The notes under the pieces were generated by a model. It saw only the letters and a program-made list of their open reading frames with translations, was not told the DNA's origin and searched no databases. From Eledone cirrhosa (taxonomy: Eukaryota): 64,000 nucleotides of DNA. The position numbers were made by a program, and so were the translations under genes. Location of the stretch: the NCBI GenBank assembly GCA_964016885.1, contig OZ024742.1, forward strand, positions 336,970,001 to 337,034,000. Reading direction: 5' to 3'. Every line of letters begins with the position of its first letter. The stretch's first letter is position 1. This document shows positions 25,847 to 36,995 of the stretch, one piece after another.

Positions 25847-27416
25847 CATTAGAAATATGGTAAAGAAAGAGTTAACTTCTATAGAGAATATTAATATATT
25901 CACATTGAAGCCTTAATAAAGAGAGTACTATTTATATTTTCAGTATTTTTTTTTTTACTTTTCATTACCATATTTCTAAATAAAAACACTGCTTTTCATA
26001 TAATTTTAAAAACAACCAAGATATTTTGGTTAGGGAAGTAAAATAAACTAAGATGATGTTGGCGTATAACTTAAATTTTCTAATATAAAATCACAATAAA
26101 AGGCTTAAATTTAAATATGAGCACTTTAAAAGAAATAGTTTTTTATCATTGAACTAGGGGCAGTTTCAAACAATTTGGTAGAGTTAAAAATGGTAACATT
26201 TATTTGCCATTCAATAAAACTGACAAATTAATTTCCATGTTTGATGACATAAGACCTCATTTCTTCTTTTATCAAGGTTGAGCTGAACTTCATAAAACTG
26301 TAATACACATGATAAAGCAAGATGGTTACATGGTAAACTATGCTAAGAAACCTAACAGAAGAACAGAGTACATTTTTTTAGCATTAACTACAGCAAAAAT
26401 AATCTGAGAGTGAATAATGTAAAAACAACAGGCTGCTCCATTATCCAGCCTTATATTGGCCAGAATTTGAGGAATTAAAACACTGGGTAGTAAATAGGAG
26501 GAATTTAGGGGAAAGTATTTCTACTAAAATCAAGTCAAAAAATTGGAAAATGGGAATCAGTGTTTTGCAAGAAGAGAAGGGAAAAGGCAATTAATACAAA
26601 ATCCTCCATTACACCAAAGATGCAAATTAGGAGGGGGGGGGGGCTAAAACTTCTCGAATTCACAATAACTGCTAGAAAAAAAAAACTTACGAAACAGAGG
26701 TGAAGCTTACCTGTAAAATTACACAAATTTGTTTTAAATATTCCCTCCTGGTATTATAAGGAGGGAGCTTATGTGCCCATGGTTCTTTTACATGCCAATT
26801 AATTTAGACTGATAGATGATTTGACAATAATATTAAAAGACCAAGAAAAGTTAATTATCAGGTGACACAAAATAAATACCTAAAATATAAACTAACATCT
26901 ATTTGTACCAAGACATTTCAATTATAATTATAATATTTTTAATGAAATACATTGCCTATTCATTTTGAAAATAATTGAGGACCTGGAGAGATTTATCAAA
27001 ATAATTTTCTTAAGTTCATATTTAAACATAATACATCAATATAAAACACTTCAAAATAAAATTTTGTTATAGAACCAGGAACAGTTTCTAGCAATTTGCA
27101 ATTTGGTACCAATAAATAAAACTAATCTGAAACTTTCGAAACATCCAGCTTTTTTTTTTTCTTTAAGACAGCTTTAAGAGGAGAGGAGTCAAGTGTTAAC
27201 TTATTTTGATACCAACCCACCTAAAAACATCTGTAGTTCTATGGAACATAACCAACTATTTCAAAGGGTTCCTGCTTAAATAAACATCTTTCAACATAAT
27301 TTGATAAGAACCTTTTGTTAAGTTATATTATAAATACCATCTTAATGAAAATAACCAATAAATTCTTTATAAATCAATTCAAACACTATGCATTTCATTA
27401 GGAATCATCACCATTT

Positions 27417-28410
27417 TACACCAGCCTCATTTACAGTGAGTGCTGGGTGCTTTTTTTCTTTGGTGCCTACACGTCCACTTTACACTGTGGGCTGGGTGCT
27501 TTTTTGCTGTAGCACCTCCACGACCACTTTGCAGTGGGAGGGTGTGAGGGCATATTGTTTATATGCTTCAGCTTCGGCTTGTACCCGTGGAGTGACGGGT
27601 CTTCTGTATTAGTGCGCGACGCCAGAGGTCACGGTTGTATGTCATCACCTTTGATAGGTGTAATTGGGTACGGTCGGTTTTTATCACCTCATCCCAGGTC
27701 TTCTTGGGTCTCCCCACTCTGCGGTTTCCATCGACTTCTAGTGCTCTGTACCTTTTTATGCAGCTATCATCCTTCATACACATCACATGTCCATACCAAC
27801 GCAACCGCCTCTCCTGCACACAGCATTTGATTCCTCTTATGCTCAGTCTCTCTCTCAATTCATTTATGCTTTGCCGTTCGCGTATATTACTATTACACAT
27901 CCATCGGAGCATGCTGGCTTCGTTTCTTTCTAATCTACGCAAGTCTTCCACAGACAGCGCCCAGGTCTCACTACCATGTAACATTGCTGTTCGTATACAC
28001 GCATCATACAGCCTGCTTTTCATTTTGAGGGGAAAACCTTTTGCAGCTAGCAGTGGCAGTAGCTCCCTGAACTTCTTCTATCCCGTTCTTACCCTAGTTA
28101 TTGTACTTTCCGAACACCCACCTCCGCTGCTAATTCGGTCACCTAGGTAGCAGAAGCTGTCTACTGTTTCTACAGAGCCCTCCCAGAGTTTGGTGGTACT
28201 CGTTTCCTGTGGCCGTTTGCTGCTTGCTATCCCAGCACAGATGCTACATGTGAAGCCTACATTCTTAGTTAAGCTTCCTGAGATCCCGCTACATCTCTTG
28301 TGTACCCATTGTTTGCATATGGGGCACAGAATGGAGTTCCTACCTACACCTTTCCTACATACTGAGCAAGGCCATTTCCCTGAGGAGATCAGGGTTCTGT
28401 TTTCTATATG
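27417..28410 (-). mobile_element. RTE LINE family C fragment (Cys-rich finger, RT C-terminus, part of 3' UTR)
   Basis: ORF 27568-28023(-) [24 protein letters not shown]...KTRHSTGTSRS. UTR matches 47297-47725. Confidence 0.9.
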
Positions 28411-28698
28411 GTCGTGAAAGGGTTAAGGTATTTCACAGTTCTAATCTAAGTCTCAATGATAGATTCACATATCAAATGTATGACTGAAATATCTCCTGAA
28501 CAGCTGTTGCGATAATGATAAAAGTTAGTCTGTCCCAAGCCATCAGGCTCACCATCTCCATGCTTCCCGTCAATTTCATTTTTCATTAGTGTTAAGCGAG
28601 TGAGAGTACAAGACATGAGTCCATTGAAAGGTTAACCCCCAGCTACTGCTGGTACACATTTTCAGCTGAGTGTACTGGAGCAACATAAAATGATGACT

Positions 28699-28836
28699 AA
28701 GTGTAGTATCTGTTCTCATATCAGCTTAATATTGATATAATCCCTAGATGGAATCTTTGATATTAAACTGATTTTTGAAAATAGACATAGTTAGGGGCTT
28801 GGTCAGCCTTTACCAAGGATTAGCCTGGTTTTGCAA
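28699..28836 (+). pseudogene. 5'-truncated U2 snRNA pseudogene
   Basis: AAGTGTAGTATCTGTTCT..ATCAG.TTAATAT (branch-point recognition region and stem IIa), Sm site GATTTTTG, AGGGGCTTG and CCTGGTTTTGCA, all in U2 order. Confidence 0.85.
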
Positions 28837-29094
28837 CAATGATAAATAAAAAATTAAATAGTTATTGCAAATACTAAGATCAATACACTTTAATTGGCAA
28901 TAATACTAACAGTATCATTCCAAATAAATTGATAAAACTTTGTCTTTTGTACTCGAGTGTCTCAGTGTGAGAATGTGAGAGCTAACAAAGAGCTATGATT
29001 GAAATACATGTATGCACCATTCTTAACTCAGTATCAAGATGTCATACAATCACACTCTTCTAAATGATATGTCCCCTATATCCTTCCTATATTT

Positions 29095-29440
29095 TCTGGT
29101 TAATTGGTTAAGACGTTTGCGTCACAATCAGGAGGTCCCAGGTTGGACCCCCGAGCTTGGCACCTTGAGAAAATGTCTTTACCATAGTCTCGGGTTCAAC
29201 TAAGCCTTATGAGTGAAATTGGGTAGAAAGAACTTGTGGGAAGCCTGTCAGATGGACTGTACTTGTAATTCCAAGGTCCAACCTTGGCACATATTGTATC
29301 GTACTGATTCGGTTTGGGAATTACATTAAGAGTACATGTGCCAGTGGAATATTCAAGTATATACTCGATAATTCACAAGCTGAACATTCAGTTGATCAAA
29401 TAACTGAACGCTCATCATAAAAAATGATGGAGGACCAATC
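29095..29440 (+). mobile_element. tRNA-derived SINE (third family; degraded relatives near 19120-19365 + and 20430-20830 -)
   Basis: tggttaattggttaagacgtttgc...ggtcccaggttggacccc, ggcaccttgagaaaatgtctt, gagtgaaattgggtaga. Confidence 0.7.
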
Positions 29441-30121
29441 ATTACCACACAAAGCCAATATCAAAATCTGTTTGGCCTGCACATCTTCCATTAACACTTT
29501 AATGTCTTGTACCACATGAAACTACATTAACATGACTGAAAATTACACAATGGCACTATGAGTGCATTACATTAAAAATTAGTCTTTCATTTACAATTTG
29601 AGACAAATATTCATCTATTTTCTGTTAACTCATTTCAGGATGTTAAAACAATGTATGTATGGACATGTAACTCCTGATAGAGTGCAGTGAGGTCATAGCG
29701 ACATACAGCAGGTATTGGACATTTTAAACCTGGTGGAGACAGAAGAAGATTGATAAAGAAGAGATTTGGAGGAAGAATCAACCCCAGTACTGGGCTGGTA
29801 TCGTTTTTATCAACCTGGAAAGGATGAAAGGTAATATTTACCATCACAGGGTTTGAACCCAAAGTATACGTATGTGTGTTTACATTTACTGTTTATGTCA
29901 TGCAATTTGACAAAATTATATTGATAAAATACGCACTAGACTTGAAAAAAAGAACATTCGGGTTAATATAATTGACTAAATCCCTGTGACGAAATGCCCT
30001 AGCATAGCCACAGTCTAAAAAGGAATATCAATAATACAAAATCAAATGTCAAACTGTTCTAATTTGTCAATCCAGAGGAACATTAAAAAAAAACTATAAA
30101 AAAATATGTAAAAATTCAATT

Positions 30122-30153
<32 letters not shown>

Positions 30154-30161
30154 TATGCATA

Positions 30162-30177
30162 TGTTTTGCTTAACTAA

Positions 30178-30213
<36 letters not shown>

Positions 30214-30229
30214 TTAGTTAAGCAAAACA
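30162..30229. repeat. Perfect palindrome with 19-bp arms around (AT)15
   Basis: tgttttgcttaactaatga (AT)15 tcattagttaagcaaaaca. Confidence 0.93.
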
Positions 30230-30419
30230 AAACCACAAATTTCACAAGAAAGACATTATTTAAAGATTGTCAACATAGTTGTAGTTTAATGTAAGGGATG
30301 TATAGAATAATAATAATTGTTTCTACTTTTGGCACAAGGCCAGCAATTACCCAGTACATTACTGGTACTTTATTTTATCGACCCCGTATAGAATAATAAT
30401 AATAATAATACTAATAATG

Positions 30420-31694
30420 TCCGTTTACAATTGTTTCGCTACTCCATATGTTTCTGGATCAAATGATTATAGATCATTATTGATCTGGTTCAGTTGAAGA
30501 TAATTAACTTAGGAAAAATTGGAACAGTTCATCGGAACTTCAAAAGGAATATAAATTAAGGTAAAGAAAGATGGTTACATGAATGTAATTTTCCATATAT
30601 TGGTATTTGAGTATGGTGTCCTGGGTCTATCTATTGTCTGCCATAGACGAGCAATATTCTTGTCGAGGCTGAGTTATGCGAGATCTGCCTATGGGTAACA
30701 AGATGGCCACCAAAGGACATATTTATCTAATTAGAGGCTGTTTCAGGGGAAGTAACTCCTCGAGAAATTAGAAATTGTAGGTGGTTTATAGTTAAGAAGT
30801 GCTAATGAGTTTAAGTGAGAGAATGTAAGGGAGGTAAGTTATAATTATCTAAGTTAGCTATAACTATTTAACATGTTAGCTATAAGAAAAAGTGAAATTA
30901 GATGACTATGTTGGGTCAAATATTCTGTTGGCGAAGGAATTAGCCCTTCGATGTTGACAGCTAATAGTTACCTCCGTTCTATCATTAATCGGTAGAGGTC
31001 ATGATAGAGTTATGTAATAGGCTTCGGTAAGACAAAGATCACAGGAGTTTCTTCATCCATTGAACGGTTGGGCTCTAGCCAAGATATCCCATGTTAGTGA
31101 GTGTTCAATGTTGGTTAATTTAAGGTTTTTAATGAGCCTAGCTAGAGATGTCGAACATTTATTGCTAGGGCCTCAGAAGGAAAATGAGTGCGCGTTATAG
31201 CGTACCTTAAAAGAGTTAGAGGGAGAGCCGATATAGGAGCTGGTATGCGATGCTGTTTTAACTGTGCACCTATAAACTATATTGGGTGTAAGGCATTGTC
31301 CGTTTAGTGGGCATGCATTAGGGTAACGGCAGTTGCAGTTACTGCTGCGGTTAGTGAGGGTAGGGTTGTTTAAACTATGCGGTTGGTGCGTGCTAGAAGG
31401 ATTAGATGGGGGAGGTATGCTACTAGAGTAAGTATTGGTGTAGTGGCGTGGTGTATTTGAGGGGAGGGGGGGGGGGGGTACCGCAGTGTGGGAGTTATAC
31501 TGTCTTAGTTTATGATGGTTACTGAATCCGATGGGGCTAGCTAGCATATATATAACAAAGGAGGTGTCGTAAGGAACCAGATGGACCATAACGCACCAGA
31601 GTACTCAATACTTAGGGTAGTAGAGTGGGTAATAGGAAAATGTTTGACCCCGTCGAAACGGCTTGAGCTCTGCCGTCGGGGTCAAACATTTTCC

Positions 31695-31700
<6 letters not shown>
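30420..31700 (-). mobile_element. Penelope-like element 3' fragment (GIY-YIG endonuclease)
   Basis: CNCRYPNACPLNGQCLTPNIVYRCTV..SYIGS..FKVRYNAH in ORF 31173-31589(-), continuing past stops into STSLARLI..LTWDILARA..CDLCLTEAYYI. Edges approximate. Confidence 0.88.
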
Positions 31701-31719
<19 letters not shown>

Positions 31720-31728
<9 letters not shown>

Positions 31729-32084
31729 TAAACAAATAATGAACAAACAATTCCTTATATTAAACAAAAAAAGTTCACTATTTAACGATCGTTTCTAGGG
31801 TATATATGTGTTATAATTGGTATGCATATTCAACAGATCTATGTACAAAATTATACAAAATTATACAAATTATCAAGATTAAATATACATACCTAACACA
31901 TATATACGCCGGTATGTATATTTAATCTTGATAATTTGTATAATTTTGTATAATTTTGTACATAGATCTGTTGAATATGCATACCAATTATAACACATAT
32001 ATACCCTAGAAACGATCGTTAAATAGTGAACTTTTTTTGTTTAATATAAGGAATTGTTTGTTCATTATTTGTTTAATATTTTAT
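31720..32084. repeat. Long inverted repeat: 174-bp arms, 17-bp spacer
   Basis: 31720-31893 reads as the reverse complement of 31911-32084; no mismatch found by eye. Confidence 0.93.
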
Positions 32085-32215
32085 CTTGACTCTGTATACC
32101 GTTTATCTTTCACCGAAAGTGGATTTTCATTACATCTCTTCTTTCCATGATATCCGGAATACATTGAGTTCTTCATACGGATTGGACACTACCGTAAACT
32201 CTTGGTAGATTTATC

Positions 32216-32290
<75 letters not shown>

Positions 32291-32647
32291 GATTTTTTCC
32301 AGTAGATGTTAAACGATGATGATAGCCACACTCGATCACCACCTTTTCAAACAAGATTATCTTACACAATATGCCAGCATAAACTGTTTTCCTAGAGATG
32401 GTGACAACAATGGACCTGTTTTTTTTTTCACTGAACAATATTTTTTTGCTTCCACCACTGCCCATCACCTCAATCTATTTCTTCTTTACACCTCAATCTA
32501 TTTCTTTAAAGTCTCATTCTATTTTTTGGTGAAAGACCAGCGTCCAAAACATTAAAACTCTTTTCCTACTATATCAAGCATAAGACTAATAATATATTTC
32601 TTCATTGTACTAGGTCATTTGCTTTGTTATTTCTGTTTGCCTTTTGC

Positions 32648-32701
<54 letters not shown>

Positions 32702-33829
32702 GTCTCATAACAGGACCACCCAGTCCCACACAAACGTGGTTGCAGTTTAGGAAGGGTATTCAGCAGTCATAAAAATCCGGCCAAAATGTGATGCCCCTAT
32801 GAGTAAGGTACAGCATAGACAACTAGCCAGGCCTTCCTCACAGCAGGACTACCCAGCTCCCAAAACATGGTTTCATTATAAGCAAGGAACGATGTGACTG
32901 ACTGGCCAGATCTCCCCCATAACAAGACTACACAGTTCCACACTGTAAACGTAATTGGTGTTATGAAGGGCTTCCAGCAGCCGCAAAAGCCTAGCAAAAC
33001 GCAGTCTCATTATGAGGAAGGTACAATGCGGCCAACTGGCCTGATTTGCTTCATAGCATGACCACCCAGCTCCCAAAATACAGTTCTGTTATGAGCAAGG
33101 AACGGTGCGGCCAATTGACCAGACTTGTCTCATAATGTGGACAACCTACCTAACCCATGCAGTGTAAGGAAAAAAGACGTTAAATGTTGGTGATGATATA
33201 CAAATATAAGCAGATTCCACTATTTCATGTCTGAGAACTGGGCAAAAATCCAAACCTTATTTACATAGAATTTGAAGATTGTGAAAATCATCAAAATATT
33301 GACCTCAAATATAAGCTGACACCAACTTCTATCAATTTTTTGGACACATATTCTTTGGCTTATATTCGAGTACATACTGTGTGTGTGTTACACATATATA
33401 TCCACACACACAAACATGACTGACAGGTGAAATCTTAAACAGCTGTTATAATGATAAAAATATTATGAAATAATTTTAGCAAATACTAAGGCACAAAGTT
33501 AGCAATTGAACACAGCGTGATTCAGAATATATCTCAGACTGCACTGTCTTTCATATATTGGTGTCTGGACTTAGATAACCAAATGCTGACAAAGACTAGC
33601 AACTCTGAAATACATGTATACACTGTTTAGCCTGATATTGAAGTAGCTGTGATATGATCACAGCTTAAAATACTCATAGGATTAAATGTGTTTATCATAT
33701 ATAAACATATATATAGGTATATATATATGCCTATATTGTAATATCATTTAAGTCGTAAACATTATATATAAGGTTCATATATGCCGTTATGATAATGCAC
33801 TTTAAGTTGAAGCCTGTCCCAAACCGAAA

Positions 33830-34740
33830 GTCTAATTAGGTTGGAGCTTATCCTGGTTTCATTGGTACTAAGTGACAGTGCAAAACCTCTCCCTGAATGC
33901 GACACCAGTCCATCACATGGTTAACTTCCATCTACAGCTGGTATTCATGTTTATCAACCACATAGCCACATAGACTGGAGCAATGTGAAATGAAGTTTCT
34001 TGCTCAAGGGCACTAGATACCATCCGACCCAGAAATCAAACCCATATCCTTACAATCACAAGCCCAATGCTAAGTGCTGAGGCATGTGCTTTCACAATGC
34101 ACTTTGAAGACTAAAAAAGATTTATGAAATTATAAAAATAAAGATAAACTACTTTTGTCATGAAGTAAAAGTGAGAATCTGCAAGTGTTAATGTAGGAAT
34201 GGATTTATGGTCAAAGTTCTGTCTGTCCCATGTCCAGAGGTGTATCAGAACTTATCCCAGTTTCCTTGGAGTTGAGCGATTAAGAATACTAGCAGACCCC
34301 ACCCGTAGTGAATAGGATTCCAACCCATTGCAGAGTTAAAACACCCAACAATTGGTGGTACTCATTTCTTTTCAGCAGAGTAAACTTGACCAATGTAAAA
34401 TGAAGTGTTTGGCTCAAGGACACGTGTCATCACATCCAGAAATCAATCCAACTTTATGATTGCGAACAAACACCTTAACCACATTGCCTAGTAGCTAATG
34501 TTAGCCTCATAATCATAAAGTTGTGGGATCAATTCCCTGTCCAGGTGATGTGTTGTATACCCATTGCTTTAGATTTCATTCAGCTGAAAATGAGTACCAG
34601 CAGTAGCAGAAGTTGGAGGTTAGCTCTGCACCAGACTGGCAAACCTTCCAGGGGAAAATTTTGTAGGCAGTCCCTTCCATTACGGAACCCATGTTGGTTG
34701 GAGTTCAGCAGGCCATTGCTTTCGAGAAAGTGGGTTATTC
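33830..34740. mobile_element. Cluster of three degraded tRNA-SINEs (two minus, one plus)
   Basis: ctggagcaatgtgaaatgaag..tgctcaagg core at ~33975 and ~34390 (minus); cagctgaaaatgagtaccag at ~34580 (plus). Confidence 0.65.
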
Positions 34741-34756
34741 GTGGGACAATGGACTA

Positions 34757-35600
34757 GGACAAAAAGTTTTCAGGAATATAGCCAGTATCCAGTGAGTTCC
34801 TCCACAGATTAGCAAGAGGAGATGCAAGTTGGTGTCGACACACCTTCAGGACACAAGCAGGGAACCTGTTGGAGGAGCCTACTGCTGAATTGTGTTTAAT
34901 TTCGTTTATTGCTGCTAAGACATCAGGGGTGCCAAATGTTATGTCTGCTATAGTGTGTTGGGGATTAACATCACCAATACAACCCAGATCGGCCATATCA
35001 GGATTCCTGAAAACAGCAGTATTGTTTCTGCAGTATCTCGCCCATGGTTTTGGCATTATCTTGGAGTGTGCCATTTTCATCGACTAGAGGGCCAACAGTG
35101 GAGACAGTGACCTTGTGTTTTTTCGCAAATGAAAAGTACACTTTGGGGTTGAATTTGATTTTCTCAATGGCCCACTTCTCTTCAGCTGTTCTTTGGTTAT
35201 TGATGATATCTTCACATGTTGACTGAAACTATCACATGTTGACTGGTCTTTTACACACGAACTCATTTCAACTAACATCAAAACATCTTGGCAGATTTTT
35301 TGTAGACACTGTCACAAATATATGTGCAAAATACACCCCGCCAAAACCTGTGAACAAAACTAAGTGCAGTATCCCCCAAAACAGCAAAACTAATATCAGA
35401 AGAAGAAAAAGAAACGAAAAAATTAACGCATTAAAATACTGCCAACAGTAACACACACATTCGACGGCTATCGCACTGCTTGAATCAAATAAATATAACC
35501 AACAATGCATGAAGGCACATGCAATAGTCCACTGCGATGATAAAAAGGTAGGAAGCCAATGTATCTCACTGGAGAACTCCAACCAGTATCTCAAAGAACT
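34757..35600 (-). pseudogene. CR1/Jockey-group LINE fragment with an inverted piece
   Basis: Minus strand: WAIEKIKFNPKVYFSFAKK..VGPL and DVLAAINEIKHNSAVG..FPACVLKVCRHQLASPLANLWRNSLDTGYIP. Plus strand 35236-35451 looks like the normally upstream segment. Confidence 0.72.
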
Positions 35601-35611
35601 CTGTCATCCCA

Positions 35612-36200
35612 TCAGGTGTAATGACTTGGGCTTTGGTGTTGGTGTTGGTGTAGAGCAGTGATATCAGGTCCACTATCTTCTTGGGGATTCCATAAGCCTG
35701 TAAGATCATCAGGCAGTGACAGAATCAAAGGCCTTCCGAAAGTCAATGAATCCATCACTGCAGAAAGACACTTTGCTCTAGCTCTCTCTAATATCCTCCT
35801 CAGCATCAAGATGTGACTGGGGGTTGATCTTCCTTCTCTGAAGCCATTCCGGTTGTACCTGAGCTTCTCCATCTCGGGCTGAATCCTGTTAAGAATAGTC
35901 CTGTTCAGGGTCTTTTCCACAAGTGACGCCAGTGAGATCCCCCTGTAGTTGTTGGTGTTAGATCCCTCTTCTTTGACAACTGCTTTCTCAAGTGCATGGT
36001 TACAGAACTCCAGGATGATATCATCAAGATCACATCTTCATCAGCTCTGATGCCACTCCTTCTCCATGAGAAATATCTGGTAGAGAATATTAAGATGCCT
36101 GAAAAGGTTACTGATGTAGGCGGCAAGCAATGAAATCATATCCGTCCTCTTGCTCTGGAACCCTGACTCCAGCCTGACTAGGAGTAGGAAGCTGTCATTC
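35612..36200 (-). pseudogene. Non-LTR RT fragment, degenerate
   Basis: NRTILNRIQPEMEKLRYNRNGFREGRSTPSHILMLRRILE, preceded in another frame by NNYRGISL. Confidence 0.75.
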
Positions 36201-36350
36201 CCTGACGTTATCTCTAGAGATACAGGAATCAGTAGACGGGCCCTGGGGGCAGCGATGGGGGAGTGGGAATTCTGGGGCATGAGAGTGAGATCCATCATCT
36301 CGACAGTAGTCGACGAATGATGAATGATGATGAGAATTGGTGAAGGACTT

Positions 36351-36995
36351 CATCATCATCAACGTTTAACGTCCGTGTTCCACGCTTGCATGGGTTTGGA
36401 CGGGGGTAGTCCCACTTGAGGCAAGAGTGATTGTCTTGCTCGCATAGGACTGTCTGGCAGGTTTTCTACAGTTGGATGCCCTTCCTAACACCAACCACAT
36501 TTACAGTGTGGGTCTGGGAGGTTTTTACCGTGTTGCCTACACGGCCACATTACAGCGTGGACTGTGTGTTTTTTTTTGTCGTGACACCTACACGGTCTCA
36601 TTTGTTTCGGCCTGGATGGCGCGGCACCAACATAACTTTACATCGAACGGGGTGGTGTGGATGGGGTGGGGGTGGGGGTGTATTTTGTTAGAGATGCCTA
36701 CTGGCTGTAGTAGGTTTTACTATGTATTTAGGTAAGGCGGGTCTTCTCTGTTACTGAGTACCGCCAAAGGTCTCGGTCCAGTGACATTGTCTTGGAGAGG
36801 TGTAAGTGTGTGAGGTCGGAGTTTATGAGCTCGTCCCAGGTTTTTCTAGGTCTGCCTATTCCGTGGCTACCGTCTATCTTTATTGCCCTGCACTTTGTTA
36901 TACAGCTATCGACTTTCATGCGCATCACGTGTCCATACCAACGTAGCCTTCTCTCGAGTAAACAACATCTGATCCCTCTTATTTCTAATTTTTTC
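36351..36995 (-). mobile_element. 5'-truncated RTE family-A copy
   Basis: ORF 36728-36997(-) ending KTRLT, full UTR, catcatcatc tail on the plus strand. Confidence 0.93.

Noticed and set aside
30418-30445. Minus-strand GAA-acaattgt-A half-hammerhead at the Penelope end
   Set aside because: No upstream core or matching stem I could be found.
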